A stretch of 20,650 nucleotides of DNA from a virus, in the IMG/VR virus record IMGVR_UViG_3300031566_009621; one strand, given 5' to 3'. Shown here piece after piece: positions 8,104 to 16,463 of the stretch; position 1 is the first letter of the stretch; every line of letters starts with the position of its first letter. Under the pieces are notes generated by a model. The model ran no database searches and was not told the origin of the DNA. It was given only the letters and a program-made list of their open reading frames with translations. The translations under genes were made by a program, and so were the position numbers.

Positions 8104-9162
8104 ATGTTAGTATTTGCAGCCGATCTGCACCTGTCGCCAAACACGTGGGCGTCGCTGCCCGAACTGTGTGGTGACTCGTACAGCAGCTTGCGGCAAATTG
8201 TTGATTACTGTCTCAAGAAGAAGGCCGACGCGCTCATACTGGGCGGCGACGTCTTCGACAGGCGGAATCCCGACAGTGCGTCGGTAGCGGTCTTCATGGA
8301 TCAGATGCGGAAGCTACGCGCTGCCAGTATCCCCATATTTGCTATTCAGGGACAGCACGACCGCAGTGATCCGCCGTGGACACAGATCCACGGGGACTTG
8401 GGCATCATCCAGCTCGGCCCGCAGCCGTTCGTGGGGGTGCCGGTAGGGAACAAGACTTACAACATAGCAGGCTTCGACAATACGTCGGCGGCGAACGTGC
8501 AGGAAACGCTGAAGACTATTGAGGGAGCCGACATTGTCGTGTTGCACCAGTCACTCAAGGGCGTCATGGGGTTCGCCGACAAGTGGGATCTCGACGAGGC
8601 GTGGCTGCACGACAACGTGAAGCTGGGGCTTGTGGGAGACATCCACCTGCCCGTCAGCTCGGGGCGCTGTTACTACCCCGGCTCGACGCACATGTGCGCC
8701 ATCGACGAGCCGATTGAGAAGAGCTTCATCACGGTCGACGCAAAGCTCGCGGTCAAGCGAGTGAAGATGGATACACGTGAGGTGGTCGACCTGATGGTGG
8801 AGACAGAGGACGGGCTGACTGCAGCCATCGCTACGATCCGGCATTACAAGCCGAAGAGCAAGCGGTACCCGCGATCAATCATCTACGTGAGGCTCGCGCC
8901 GGATGTTCCTGGCGCGTATGACGCGCTCAAGACGGCGTGCGCGGAGGCCGAGCACTTCTTCATGCCGGCGACGCTGAAGGTGAGTGCTGAAGGTGAAGCA
9001 ACACAGGAGCGGTCGGTCGCAGCTACGAGTCTGGAGTCGTGTCTGGCGCAGGCCGTCGATCCGACTGAGGCTGCCGACGCATATGGCTTCATTCTACGGC
9101 TGCTCAAGGCGGAGAAGCCGGCGGACGAGCTGACAGACATCAAGAAAGAGATGGGCGTCTGA
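8104..9162 (+). CDS. sbcD: SbcD/Mre11-family metallophosphoesterase nuclease (phage gp47-like).
   Basis: The calcineurin-like phosphoesterase motifs appear in order: D-x-H (AADLHLS), GD-x-x-D (GGDVFDRRNP), GNHD-like (QGQHDRSD), H (VVLHQS) and GD-x-H (VGDIHLP). ATG 8104 has an aggtgaggg SD. It is paired with the downstream Rad50-like ATPase. Confidence 0.85.
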   Translation: MLVFAADLHLSPNTWASLPELCGDSYSSLRQIVDYCLKKKADALILGGDVFDRRNPDSASVAVFMDQMRKLRAASIPIFAIQGQHDRSDPPWTQIHGDLGIIQLGPQPFVGVPVGNKTYNIAGFDNTSAANVQETLKTIEGADIVVLHQSLKGVMGFADKWDLDEAWLHDNVKLGLVGDIHLPVSSGRCYYPGSTHMCAIDEPIEKSFITVDAKLAVKRVKMDTREVVDLMVETEDGLTAAIATIRHYKPKSKRYPRSIIYVRLAPDVPGAYDALKTACAEAEHFFMPATLKVSAEGEATQERSVAATSLESCLAQAVDPTEAADAYGFILRLLKAEKPADELTDIKKEMGV

Positions 9163-9635
9163 TGGTGTGGGAACCGCTAACGCGCATACGCGGGATTGCT
9201 GAGCACACCCCTTCCGCCGAAGTTGCTGATCGGATCGTAACGCAGTGGGATCAGGAACTCAGAGACGATCTGGGGCAGGACATGTGGCAACTTCCCAGTA
9301 TACAAATGTGGAGGTTCATGGAGTCAATGGAGCGACTGTTGGCGGTGATCATCGACGGTGTTTGCGGAGAGCGACCACGGCTCTCGACATTCTCGATGAT
9401 GAATAGCCTAGACGAACCGAGCGACTGCGAGTTGTACATCATTTGGGCGTCGCCCTTGTCAAACTTCTATGGTGGCGCCGTGGAGGGTTGTCGGGTGTAT
9501 CGCATCTCTGACGCATTTTGGCCCGGCCGCAGTGCGTTTGTGGGCGAAGACAGCATGATCAATTTACGCGCACGGGAGTTAGTCCAGCGCTGGTGGGCGT
9601 TACTTATCGTACACCACGACGCTGGCGCATTCTGA
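9162..9635 (+). CDS. Hypothetical protein (157 aa) inserted between sbcD and sbcC.
   Basis: TGATG stop/start overlap at 9160-9164. Confidence 0.5.
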   Translation: MVWEPLTRIRGIAEHTPSAEVADRIVTQWDQELRDDLGQDMWQLPSIQMWRFMESMERLLAVIIDGVCGERPRLSTFSMMNSLDEPSDCELYIIWASPLSNFYGGAVEGCRVYRISDAFWPGRSAFVGEDSMINLRARELVQRWWALLIVHHDAGAF

Positions 9636-9652
9636 ACTAGGAGGAAGTACAT

Positions 9653-10564
9653 ATGCCGCAGCAGACAGGTTTCGCACGTGCTGGGACGGCGCCCCAGGTC
9701 GCACAGACGCCGGCCGACGGGCAGGCCGAAAATACGGAAGGCGCGCGGAACAGGCCGACGAACGAGCGCAACGGCGGAGTGGCCGCCGGTTTCGGTGCCG
9801 CTACCGGCGAGGTTGACGCAATCGATCTCGGGCTCACGCCGGATGAAGCAGCAGCGCTGACGGATCGTGTGCTGGCCACGCTCGAATCGCACGCTCGCAC
9901 GCGCATCGAAGAGACGCCGGACTTCGTGGCGACGTTCATTACGGCAACGAGTACGGCGTCGATCACACGCGACATTCTGCGGGAGCGCCTGCAGGGTCAG
10001 GTCACCGACGAGGAGTTGTTGAATCACATGCTGGAAGATGCGAACATCTTCCAGTCGCTGCACGAGCGGTACGAGACGGAGGTTCGCACCGAGCTGGCAA
10101 ACCGCAGCATGGGGCAGCTTGACGCCATCGTTGAGAGCTATGCCGCAAACGCGGCAGCCGATGTCGCGCTGTCCACCATCGAGGGCAACGACGCGCGCAT
10201 CAACTACTGCATGGGCCGTCGCGACAAGTTCATGCAGTGGTTGCAGCGAATGTTCAAGCGCATCCTGCACGCTGTGGCGAGCTGGGATGCCCCGTCGAAG
10301 ATCTTCCTGAACGTGCGGTCGATTGACCTGCCGGAAGAGGGCGCGTCGGCGGTGATGTTGTGGGACAACCGTAGCGCGAACATGCTGCATCGCGGGCAGT
10401 ACGGCGTGGTCGACCACTTCCCGTGGCTCGGGAGGTTGCCGATGTACGTTCCCGACGGAGCAGACGACGAGGCAAAGGCGCTCGTCAAGAGACAGAGGCG
10501 CGTCTTCGCCAAAGCGTTGATGCTTCGCCTCTATGAGGTGGCACGCTCACAGACGCGTACCTAA
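9653..10564 (+). CDS. Hypothetical protein (303 aa) between sbcD and sbcC. The N-terminal ~60 aa is Ala/Gly/Pro-rich and probably disordered.
   Basis: Strong taggaggaag SD before ATG 9653. The minus-strand ORF 9467..10417 is judged an antisense artefact. Confidence 0.55.
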   Translation: MPQQTGFARAGTAPQVAQTPADGQAENTEGARNRPTNERNGGVAAGFGAATGEVDAIDLGLTPDEAAALTDRVLATLESHARTRIEETPDFVATFITATSTASITRDILRERLQGQVTDEELLNHMLEDANIFQSLHERYETEVRTELANRSMGQLDAIVESYAANAAADVALSTIEGNDARINYCMGRRDKFMQWLQRMFKRILHAVASWDAPSKIFLNVRSIDLPEEGASAVMLWDNRSANMLHRGQYGVVDHFPWLGRLPMYVPDGADDEAKALVKRQRRVFAKALMLRLYEVARSQTRT

Positions 10565-10588
10565 CCTCGCAACCAACGCGGAGGTGCA

Positions 10589-12715
10589 ATGCGTACACGT
10601 AGACTGGTGGCGAAGAACTTCTGCCAGCACAGAGAGCTGACGATCGATTTTCCGCCGGGGGTCAATATTCTTGGGATCCTCGGCGGCAACGGTCGCGGCA
10701 AGAGCAACGCCATCAAAGCAATTCGGTTTGCCATACTCGGCGAGTCGGGGAACGCTGGCGGCAAGGCTGACGATCTGAACTGGCAGGCGGCGGAGGCGAA
10801 GGAGACTGGTTTCGTCGAGTGGTTCTTCGAGCAAGCAGGTATCGAAGGTTCGGTGAAGCGCTACATCACAACGGCGCGAGCCAACATGGCGTTCGGTAAC
10901 ACGAAGCACAAGAGCGTCAGTGAAGTCAACGCCGAGATGCTGAAGATCGCTGGTGTCACGAAGAAGACGATCGAGGATGTCGTCTTCGTCATGCAGGGCG
11001 AGATCGAGAAGATCTTGTTCAAGCGGCCAGCCGAACGCGCGAAGGAGTTCCAGGGGCTGTTCGGGACTGAATCGGCGGAGAAGATTCGCGAGCTGCTGCA
11101 GAAGGAGATCGCTACGATCTCCACAGATCCGATCGATGAACGGATCGCAGAGCTGGAGAAGCGTATCTCCGAGGAGATTGATCCCGATCTTCGGAAGTTC
11201 AACGACGAGAAGGGGGAAGCCGAGACTCAGCTCAAGCTCATCGATCGAACTGCGGCGCAATCGATCAAGGACGCATACGAGCTTGCGCTCAAGCGCGCGC
11301 AGGAGATACAGGCGCTGCAGGAACGGGCGACCAAACTCCAGCGGGCTATCGGCGGTGCACAGCTTCCGCACTTCTCAGACGAACTGCAGCGGTTGATCGA
11401 TGCAATGGAAGCCAACCGTGTGGCGGCTGATGAGGCGAAGCAGAAGCTGGCCAACGTAACGGCAGCACGCCAGATCAGTACGTCGCGGGCGGCGTTCGAG
11501 AAGGAGCTGCAGGAGGCGACTTTTGTGTTGGAGACGCCGCCGCCGACAGTACCAGCAGTCACGCCGGAGCATGTCGAGACAGCGAAGAAGCAGGCGGCCG
11601 ACGCAGCTGCGGAGTTGGCCAATACCAAGACGTTCATTAAGGCGTTTGAGAGCGGCAACTCCACGTGCCCTACGTGTGGTACCGACTGGCCGAACGCAGC
11701 TGAGGCTGTTGAGGCGGCGCGCGCCACGCTACAAGAGCAGCAGGAGAACCTTGTCCAGGTGGAGTCGTTGATCGGCAGGGCGAGCGGTGAACTGGAGAAG
11801 TACAGGTTCGCTGTGCAGTCGCTGGTTGAGAAGCAGGAAGACGCGGCGACGCGTGCGGCTACGTTGCGCAGCACGCTGTCGCGTATGGGCGAGGCGCCGC
11901 AGGTGCAGGTCGACAACCTCGCAGCCTTGGAAGCGCAGGTCACTGAGTTCGATCGGCTCAAGAAGGCGATCGACGAGCGCGCGCCGAAGGTCAATGCACT
12001 GCAGGCGCAGGTCGCGGCATCGCAAGGCGAACTCAAGGCGCTCACGGCTCAGTTAGCCGCGCTGGAGAGCGAGCAGCCGCAGGGCTTGCTGCGTACGCAC
12101 TACGAAGAGGCGTTGCGGCAGTTGTCGGTTGCTGAGCAGTTGACGGCAGCGTTCGCTGAGTTGGGCGGCAAGTTGGGATTGCTTCATGAGCTACGGGCGC
12201 GCACGCTCGCAGAGCTGAGCACGCTACAGGGTCAGGCGAAGAACCTGAGCGAGCGCCGCAAGTACAAGGAACTGTGCGAGCAGGCGCGGGCAGTGCTGCA
12301 TCGTGACTGTCTGCCGCGTATGGTCACGCAGGCATATCTGAAGGTGCTCAACGTTGCCATCAACGACTACCTCATGTTGTTCAATGTGCCGTTCACCTGT
12401 CAGATCAAGGACGATCTCGATGTCGTGTGCTTCCCCGTGGGGGCGGGCGAGCGCAGCGCGGAGCGGCTGAGCGGCGGACAGAAGGTGATGCTTGGCATCG
12501 CGTTCAGGTTCGCGGTCTACAGTCTGTTCACACGCAACCTGGGCTTCATGGTTCTCGACGAGCCGACGAACATGCTCGACGACGACCACATCAGCTCAGT
12601 GTTGGACATCCTCGACTCGGTCAGGAAGTATGCGCACAGTACGGGCATGCAGCTGATCGTGATCACCCACGAGAAGCAGTTGGCGGGGGCGTTCGACTAC
12701 ACAGTGGTGGTGTAA
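10589..12715 (+). CDS. sbcC: SbcC/Rad50-family SMC-like ATPase (phage gp46-like) with a zinc-hook.
   Basis: Walker A GGNGRGKSN. A long Ala/Glu/Gln-rich coiled coil carries a central CPTCG hook. ABC signature LSGGQKVMLGIAF, Walker B FMVLDEPTNMLD and H-loop VITHEKQ are all present. Confidence 0.85.
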   Translation: MRTRRLVAKNFCQHRELTIDFPPGVNILGILGGNGRGKSNAIKAIRFAILGESGNAGGKADDLNWQAAEAKETGFVEWFFEQAGIEGSVKRYITTARANMAFGNTKHKSVSEVNAEMLKIAGVTKKTIEDVVFVMQGEIEKILFKRPAERAKEFQGLFGTESAEKIRELLQKEIATISTDPIDERIAELEKRISEEIDPDLRKFNDEKGEAETQLKLIDRTAAQSIKDAYELALKRAQEIQALQERATKLQRAIGGAQLPHFSDELQRLIDAMEANRVAADEAKQKLANVTAARQISTSRAAFEKELQEATFVLETPPPTVPAVTPEHVETAKKQAADAAAELANTKTFIKAFESGNSTCPTCGTDWPNAAEAVEAARATLQEQQENLVQVESLIGRASGELEKYRFAVQSLVEKQEDAATRAATLRSTLSRMGEAPQVQVDNLAALEAQVTEFDRLKKAIDERAPKVNALQAQVAASQGELKALTAQLAALESEQPQGLLRTHYEEALRQLSVAEQLTAAFAELGGKLGLLHELRARTLAELSTLQGQAKNLSERRKYKELCEQARAVLHRDCLPRMVTQAYLKVLNVAINDYLMLFNVPFTCQIKDDLDVVCFPVGAGERSAERLSGGQKVMLGIAFRFAVYSLFTRNLGFMVLDEPTNMLDDDHISSVLDILDSVRKYAHSTGMQLIVITHEKQLAGAFDYTVVV

Positions 12716-12716
12716 C

Positions 12717-13655
12717 ATGACGATGTGTGTTTTCGAGCGTGAGGGAGAGACGTTCATCTTCAAAGATGAGCTGGAGCCTCGCGCCTGCATAACGAGCTTG
12801 ACTGCTAGCAACAGTCGCCTCATATGCGAGCAACCAAAGATGATCGAGGAGCCGTTCTTCGTCTGCAGCTCGAACGTGCTGCCGGAGATGCTTCTCGTAC
12901 CCAGCGAACCAGACGGTACACTCGCTGCGTGTCGAGCAGCGTTCCGTGTGCCGAGAGAGTGCGGCGGTCCGAGGGAAGTTGGCGGCCCGGAGGTGCGCGT
13001 TGCGCAGTTTCTGGTCGTCGGCTTTTCCACGCCGGTCTACCAGATTCCGGAAGAAGCCTTGCCGGATTTTCAGCTGCATATGGCGGGGCGCGTGTTGCCG
13101 GCGATACAGAATCACCCGTTGTGGCGTAGCGGGCTTGGCTTCATCACGGCCGATGTGGTCGGTCCGTGTGTCGTTGCTATAGCACACATCATCGGCGACA
13201 TCATGCGTTTTGCGAAGGGTGACGGTCGAATGAAGTTCCGTCTACGGAATTTCTTCCGGCTGAGTCGGATGACGACGATCAAGAAGCTACTGAACCCTGA
13301 CGGCTTCCCAATATCGACAGGGCTGCGCCGGTTGCAGATGCTGCAGGAGCTGTGGACGAGTCCCACGCATTGGGTGCATTTGTTCGCGCAAGCGGGGTGC
13401 TCAGAGCTGGCCGGACGCGAGGACAGTTTTCTGATCCGCTACCATGACGAGTTGTCGAAGAAGTATATCTTCGACGGCATGGACATGGACGAGGCTCACG
13501 TGATCGCATCGTACAAGACGGCGCAGCGCACGCTGGACTTTGTGCGGCTGCTGTGGCTGCACGGCATTGGCGAACAGGAGTTCGATCCTCACAGGTTTTT
13601 CCAGAACGAGGACGATGCACGCGACTTCGTGCGATACGCGACGCAAAATTCTTGA
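12717..13655 (+). CDS. Hypothetical protein (312 aa).
   Basis: ATG 12717 lies 1 nt after the sbcC stop. Same strand and codon style. Confidence 0.5.
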   Translation: MTMCVFEREGETFIFKDELEPRACITSLTASNSRLICEQPKMIEEPFFVCSSNVLPEMLLVPSEPDGTLAACRAAFRVPRECGGPREVGGPEVRVAQFLVVGFSTPVYQIPEEALPDFQLHMAGRVLPAIQNHPLWRSGLGFITADVVGPCVVAIAHIIGDIMRFAKGDGRMKFRLRNFFRLSRMTTIKKLLNPDGFPISTGLRRLQMLQELWTSPTHWVHLFAQAGCSELAGREDSFLIRYHDELSKKYIFDGMDMDEAHVIASYKTAQRTLDFVRLLWLHGIGEQEFDPHRFFQNEDDARDFVRYATQNS

Positions 13656-13664
13656 ACAACTCAC

Positions 13665-13693
13665 TTGCTATCTGTGCTGGAACTAGCTAGACT
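13665..13693 (+). promoter_or_regulatory. Candidate sigma70-like promoter: TTGCTA, 17 nt, TAGACT, upstream of the lipoprotein gene.
   Basis: Hexamers read from the sequence at 13665-13670 and 13688-13693 with a 17-nt spacer. Weak match (4/6 each). Confidence 0.2.
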
Positions 13694-13717
13694 TCAGACG
13701 AAAGTGAGGAGTCCATC

Positions 13718-13984
13718 ATGCGTTCGATTCTACTCGTCGCCGCGTTCTGTGTTGCCAGCGCCGGTTGCTGCAGCACACCGTCAGCGATAGTGGATGAGAT
13801 CCATTTCATGGACACGGTCGTGCGCGTCGGCGTGAAGGAAACAGAAGGGTTTGAATCTGCGAACGCCGAAGACGCACAAGCACTTGGGTTGAAGGCGGTC
13901 AATGCGCTCAGGCGCCTGGCCCCGCATACCGACAACCTCAAGCGCTGGAGTGATGGAGAGGAGCCCGCCGGTGACTCTGAATAG
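13718..13984 (+). CDS. Putative secreted protein or lipoprotein. Signal peptide MRSILLVAAFCVASAGCC has a lipobox-like SAGC.
   Basis: gaggag SD before ATG 13718. Hydrophobic N-terminus followed by Cys. The lipobox is non-canonical at -3 (Ser). Confidence 0.45.
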   Translation: MRSILLVAAFCVASAGCCSTPSAIVDEIHFMDTVVRVGVKETEGFESANAEDAQALGLKAVNALRRLAPHTDNLKRWSDGEEPAGDSE

Positions 13985-14303
13985 AGAAACACTTGGCAAG
14001 TTCGTCGACCTGTCGGATCCGAAGGTCGCGGCTCTAGTGAATGTGCTTGAGCCGTATTTCCCCGCCCTACAGCGGATGGGGAATACCGGTATCCAGCAGT
14101 TCCTCGCCAGTCTGAAGTGTCAAGACTGGTCATCCATCGATGCGGCGCTTTATGAGGTGATGACTGAAACCGAACGGGACGCGATGAGCGCCCAGGTTCT
14201 GAAGGAGGCTCGCGCCGCCGTTAAGCGTGAGTATGAAACGAGCAGGTTGTTCAAAGACGACTTGCTCCAGACGCTCCTGGGGATCGCGCTCTCGTTCGTG
14301 TAG
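13971..14303 (+). CDS. Hypothetical protein (110 aa, GTG start).
   Basis: ggagaggag SD at 13956-13964 before GTG 13971. The 13953 ATG is also possible. Confidence 0.4.
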   Translation: MTLNRETLGKFVDLSDPKVAALVNVLEPYFPALQRMGNTGIQQFLASLKCQDWSSIDAALYEVMTETERDAMSAQVLKEARAAVKREYETSRLFKDDLLQTLLGIALSFV

Positions 14304-14627
14304 GGTCACTTGTTGGGGGGGTTAGTAAAGCTGGTAGCGCGCGCACGCGGCGCAAGATTAGGGCGGTTCTGCCTCTCCGCCTTGGTCCCCCAAGCCCCGG
14401 TCGGCTGATCCGACCACCAGCTAGCTAGCCATACCCAACACCCTCCGAGAGCAATCCCCAAACGATGGAATCCCTGACGGGGTCTGGTAGGTACGGACTC
14501 GGCCGGGTGTGGCAGTACCAGGATTGGTGTTGCAAGCCAAGTTCTGGAAAGACACCGCAGGGCATGGACGTGGCTCGGTAATGCGCGGATAGGCGATGTG
14601 AGCCAGGGTACGGGACGCGCTGGGGAT

Positions 14628-14716
14628 GGAAGACTACGCCTAATTGGTAAGGCAGCGGCTTGCTAAGCCGCCGTCGAGCAATCGACTTCGGGGTTCAAGT
14701 CCCCGGTCTTCCGCCA
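14628..14716 (+). tRNA. tRNA-Ser (anticodon GCT), class II long variable arm, CCA encoded.
   Basis: Acceptor ggaagac/gtcttcc pairs 7/7. Anticodon stem gcggc/gccgc with loop ttGCTaa. Long variable arm cgtcgagcaatcgacttcg. T-arm cgggg-ttcaagt-ccccg, then g-CCA. Confidence 0.75.
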
Positions 14717-14736
14717 GCTCTTTGACAACAGAATAT
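14717..14736 (+). promoter_or_regulatory. Copy 1 of the recurrent post-tRNA motif GCTCTTTGACAAC-A-GAATAT.
   Basis: Begins at the nucleotide after the encoded CCA. Contains a TTGACA hexamer and a TA-rich hexamer only 3 nt downstream. Confidence 0.35.
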
Positions 14737-14841
14737 CAGGTCGGGACTTGCCATGCCTGGGTGCCGCCCGGCTTGGCAGGGTCGGATGGGGCGCGGCTAG
14801 GCAATGCAGGGCAGGGGCCGCACCCCCCTAGTATCAATGAA

Positions 14842-14914
14842 CCGGGCGTAACTCAACTGGAAGAGGGCCGGATTTTTAATTCGGAGGTTGTGGGTTCGAG
14901 CCCCACCGCCCGGA
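14842..14914 (+). tRNA. tRNA-Lys (anticodon TTT), no encoded CCA.
   Basis: Acceptor ccgggcg/cgcccgg pairs 7/7. Anticodon stem ccgga/ttcgg with loop ttTTTaa. T-arm gtggg-ttcgagc-cccac. Discriminator A. Confidence 0.8.
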
Positions 14915-14996
14915 GATTCTTCGGCAGTGCATGGCCGTGCATGATACGGTCTGGCTCCGCTCGGCTAGGCGCGGCAAGGCAAGTCAGGGGGCTCAT

Positions 14997-15158
14997 ATGC
15001 CGAAGTGGCGTAAGATCAACAAAGCGAAGCGGCATGATCCTTGGTGTCGCAACAACAACAGATGCTCAGCGTGTCGACGCTCGCGAACGTATCAGGGGCG
15101 CAAGGCACAGGCGGCGGCGGTCGACGCGTTGAAGGAGTACACCGCTGGGCGTGGCTAG
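14997..15158 (+). CDS. Small basic Cys-containing protein (53 aa): MPKWRKINKAKRHDPWCRNNNRCSACRRS...
   Basis: ATG 14997 with an aggggg SD. Short and low-confidence. Confidence 0.35.
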   Translation: MPKWRKINKAKRHDPWCRNNNRCSACRRSRTYQGRKAQAAAVDALKEYTAGRG

Positions 15159-15215
15159 CCATAGCGAGTCGGAGCAGGGATTGGCGTTGCACGTTAAGGC
15201 AGGGAAGGGGACGCC

Positions 15216-15401
15216 ATGAGCATCTGGCTGGTGTACCTCGGTCAGGAGGTCGAGGGCGTCGTGACGTTGATGGTCCATAGCGTGTGGCTGAATGAGGACG
15301 GCGCCAAGACGTGTTCCGAAGAGCTGGAAGAAGAGTACAAGGACAGCAAAACGAAATGGTCGGACTACGAGGAATTCGAGGTCGAAGACGCGGAGGGCTA
15401 G
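15216..15401 (+). CDS. Small acidic protein (61 aa). Its 3' end overlaps the first 10 nt of tRNA-Ser(CGA).
   Basis: ATG 15216 with a gaaggggacg SD. Stop TAG is at 15399-15401, inside the tRNA acceptor/D region. Confidence 0.45.
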   Translation: MSIWLVYLGQEVEGVVTLMVHSVWLNEDGAKTCSEELEEEYKDSKTKWSDYEEFEVEDAEG

Positions 15402-15482
15402 TCTAATTGGCAAGGCAGCTGTTTCGAATGCAGCCGGTCGTCGTGAGACGGCTTCGGGGTTCGAGTCCCCGGTCCTCCGCCA
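15392..15482 (+). tRNA. tRNA-Ser (anticodon CGA), class II, CCA encoded, followed by a T6 run.
   Basis: Acceptor ggagggc/gtcctcc pairs with one G-U. Anticodon stem gctgt/gcagc with loop ttCGAat. Long variable arm. T-arm cgggg-ttcgagt-ccccg, then g-CCA-tttttt. Confidence 0.75.
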
Positions 15483-15503
15483 TTTTTTCACGGAGAGGGA
15501 GCG

Positions 15504-15782
15504 ATGAAGCGAGTCACGAGCATCTGTGATTTCTGCGGGAAGGAAAGCGCCGTCGATCCGAACAACCGGTATGACGACGACGCGCCGGAAGATTGGCACG
15601 AGGACTGGCCGATCACCGTATGTCCGGACTGCGCGGCGAAGCATACGATCGCCGAGTTGAAGGCGAAGATGGCCGCGCGCAACGCCGAGCTGGATGCGGA
15701 GCGCGAGGTTGCGATTGCGGCTGAAGAAGAGAAGGAGCGTGCCGCAGAGGAGAAGCGGCGCGCCGAAAAGGAGCTGCCGTAG
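15504..15782 (+). CDS. Zinc-ribbon protein (CDFCG...CPDCA) with an Ala/Glu/Lys/Arg-rich coiled-coil tail.
   Basis: ggagaggga SD before ATG 15504. Two CxxC pairs. Confidence 0.55.
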   Translation: MKRVTSICDFCGKESAVDPNNRYDDDAPEDWHEDWPITVCPDCAAKHTIAELKAKMAARNAELDAEREVAIAAEEEKERAAEEKRRAEKELP

Positions 15783-15855
15783 GGCTAGCCCCGCCGAGGC
15801 TGGGCGAGCAATGGCGAGCTATGGCGTCGCTAGATTTGGTCAGGCAAGGGACGAC

Positions 15856-15942
15856 GGCGGGTGAACCGGACAGGCGAGCCGGGGCGGGCTTGAACCCCGC
15901 GCGCACCATCGGTGTGGGGATCGAGACCTCCGCCCGCCGCCA
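15856..15942 (+). tRNA. Candidate divergent tRNA-Ser (anticodon TGA), class II, CCA encoded, with an atypical T-loop (ATCGAGA).
   Basis: Acceptor ggcgggt/gcccgcc pairs 7/7 with one G-U. D-stem ccgg/ccgg. Perfect anticodon stem gcggg/cccgc with loop ctTGAac (T33, A37). Variable-arm helix gcacc-atc-ggtgt. Ends g-CCA. Weak T-arm: tgggg/cctcc has one mismatch and position 54 is A. With the GCT, CGA and GGA genes it would complete a full serine decoding set. Confidence 0.45.
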
Positions 15943-15959
15943 CTACGAGAGGAGAGTGC

Positions 15960-16463
15960 ATGGGCCGTCGATTCAACTTGAGGGATTTGCGTACCCGGAC
16001 AGCGTGTCCGGATGCGCCGCCGGTGTGGAGTAGGGCACGGTACGGCGAGGTGATGAACAAGAATGACTATCACGCTCGTCTGATCGTGAGAGTTGTGCCG
16101 AACTTCTGGAAGCTGTGGATCGACGCATGCTTCCTGGCACTGGACGCGGCAAAGCGACGGACGGTCATGCGGCGACGACGACCGACCGAGCTGCCGCCGG
16201 CGTACCGGCGGCACCCCGACACCTACTACGAGTTCTTCGGAGCCAAATGGGTGGCGGAGTACATCAGGTGGAGTTACTTCGTCGGGCATGTCACTGACGT
16301 GAACGACGAATACACGGCGCCGAACAACTGCGTGTCGTACTGGGCGCGGCTGTCGGTGAAAGAGAATCCCGAATGGGATCCGTACATCAGCTTCAGGCGC
16401 GTGGCGCTGGATCACGGGCGGACAGCTGGGCTCATCGCGGCTGGAACGCTGCCGACGCCATGA
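15960..16463 (+). CDS. Hypothetical protein (167 aa).
   Basis: Strong gagaggagag SD before ATG 15960. The upstream extension to 15912 overlaps the tRNA candidate. Confidence 0.55.
   Translation: MGRRFNLRDLRTRTACPDAPPVWSRARYGEVMNKNDYHARLIVRVVPNFWKLWIDACFLALDAAKRRTVMRRRRPTELPPAYRRHPDTYYEFFGAKWVAEYIRWSYFVGHVTDVNDEYTAPNNCVSYWARLSVKENPEWDPYISFRRVALDHGRTAGLIAAGTLPTP

Noticed and set aside
14399-14419. Possible tRNA 3' end (hairpin plus ACCA) in the 14304-14627 spacer.
   Set aside because: It is only a 6-bp minihelix. There is no T-loop, D-arm or anticodon arm, and the 5' acceptor complement is 6/7 at best.
14717-14736. Reading the GCTCTTTGACAAC-GAATAT element as a standard sigma70 promoter.
   Set aside because: The -35-like and -10-like hexamers are 3 nt apart (copies 1 and 3) or 10 nt apart (copy 2), not 16-18 nt. 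It is kept as an unknown regulatory or processing motif.
15821-16033. 70-aa ORF starting at 15821.
   Set aside because: It overlaps the tRNA-Ser(TGA) candidate and the much better supported 15960 start (strong SD), and has no SD of its own.
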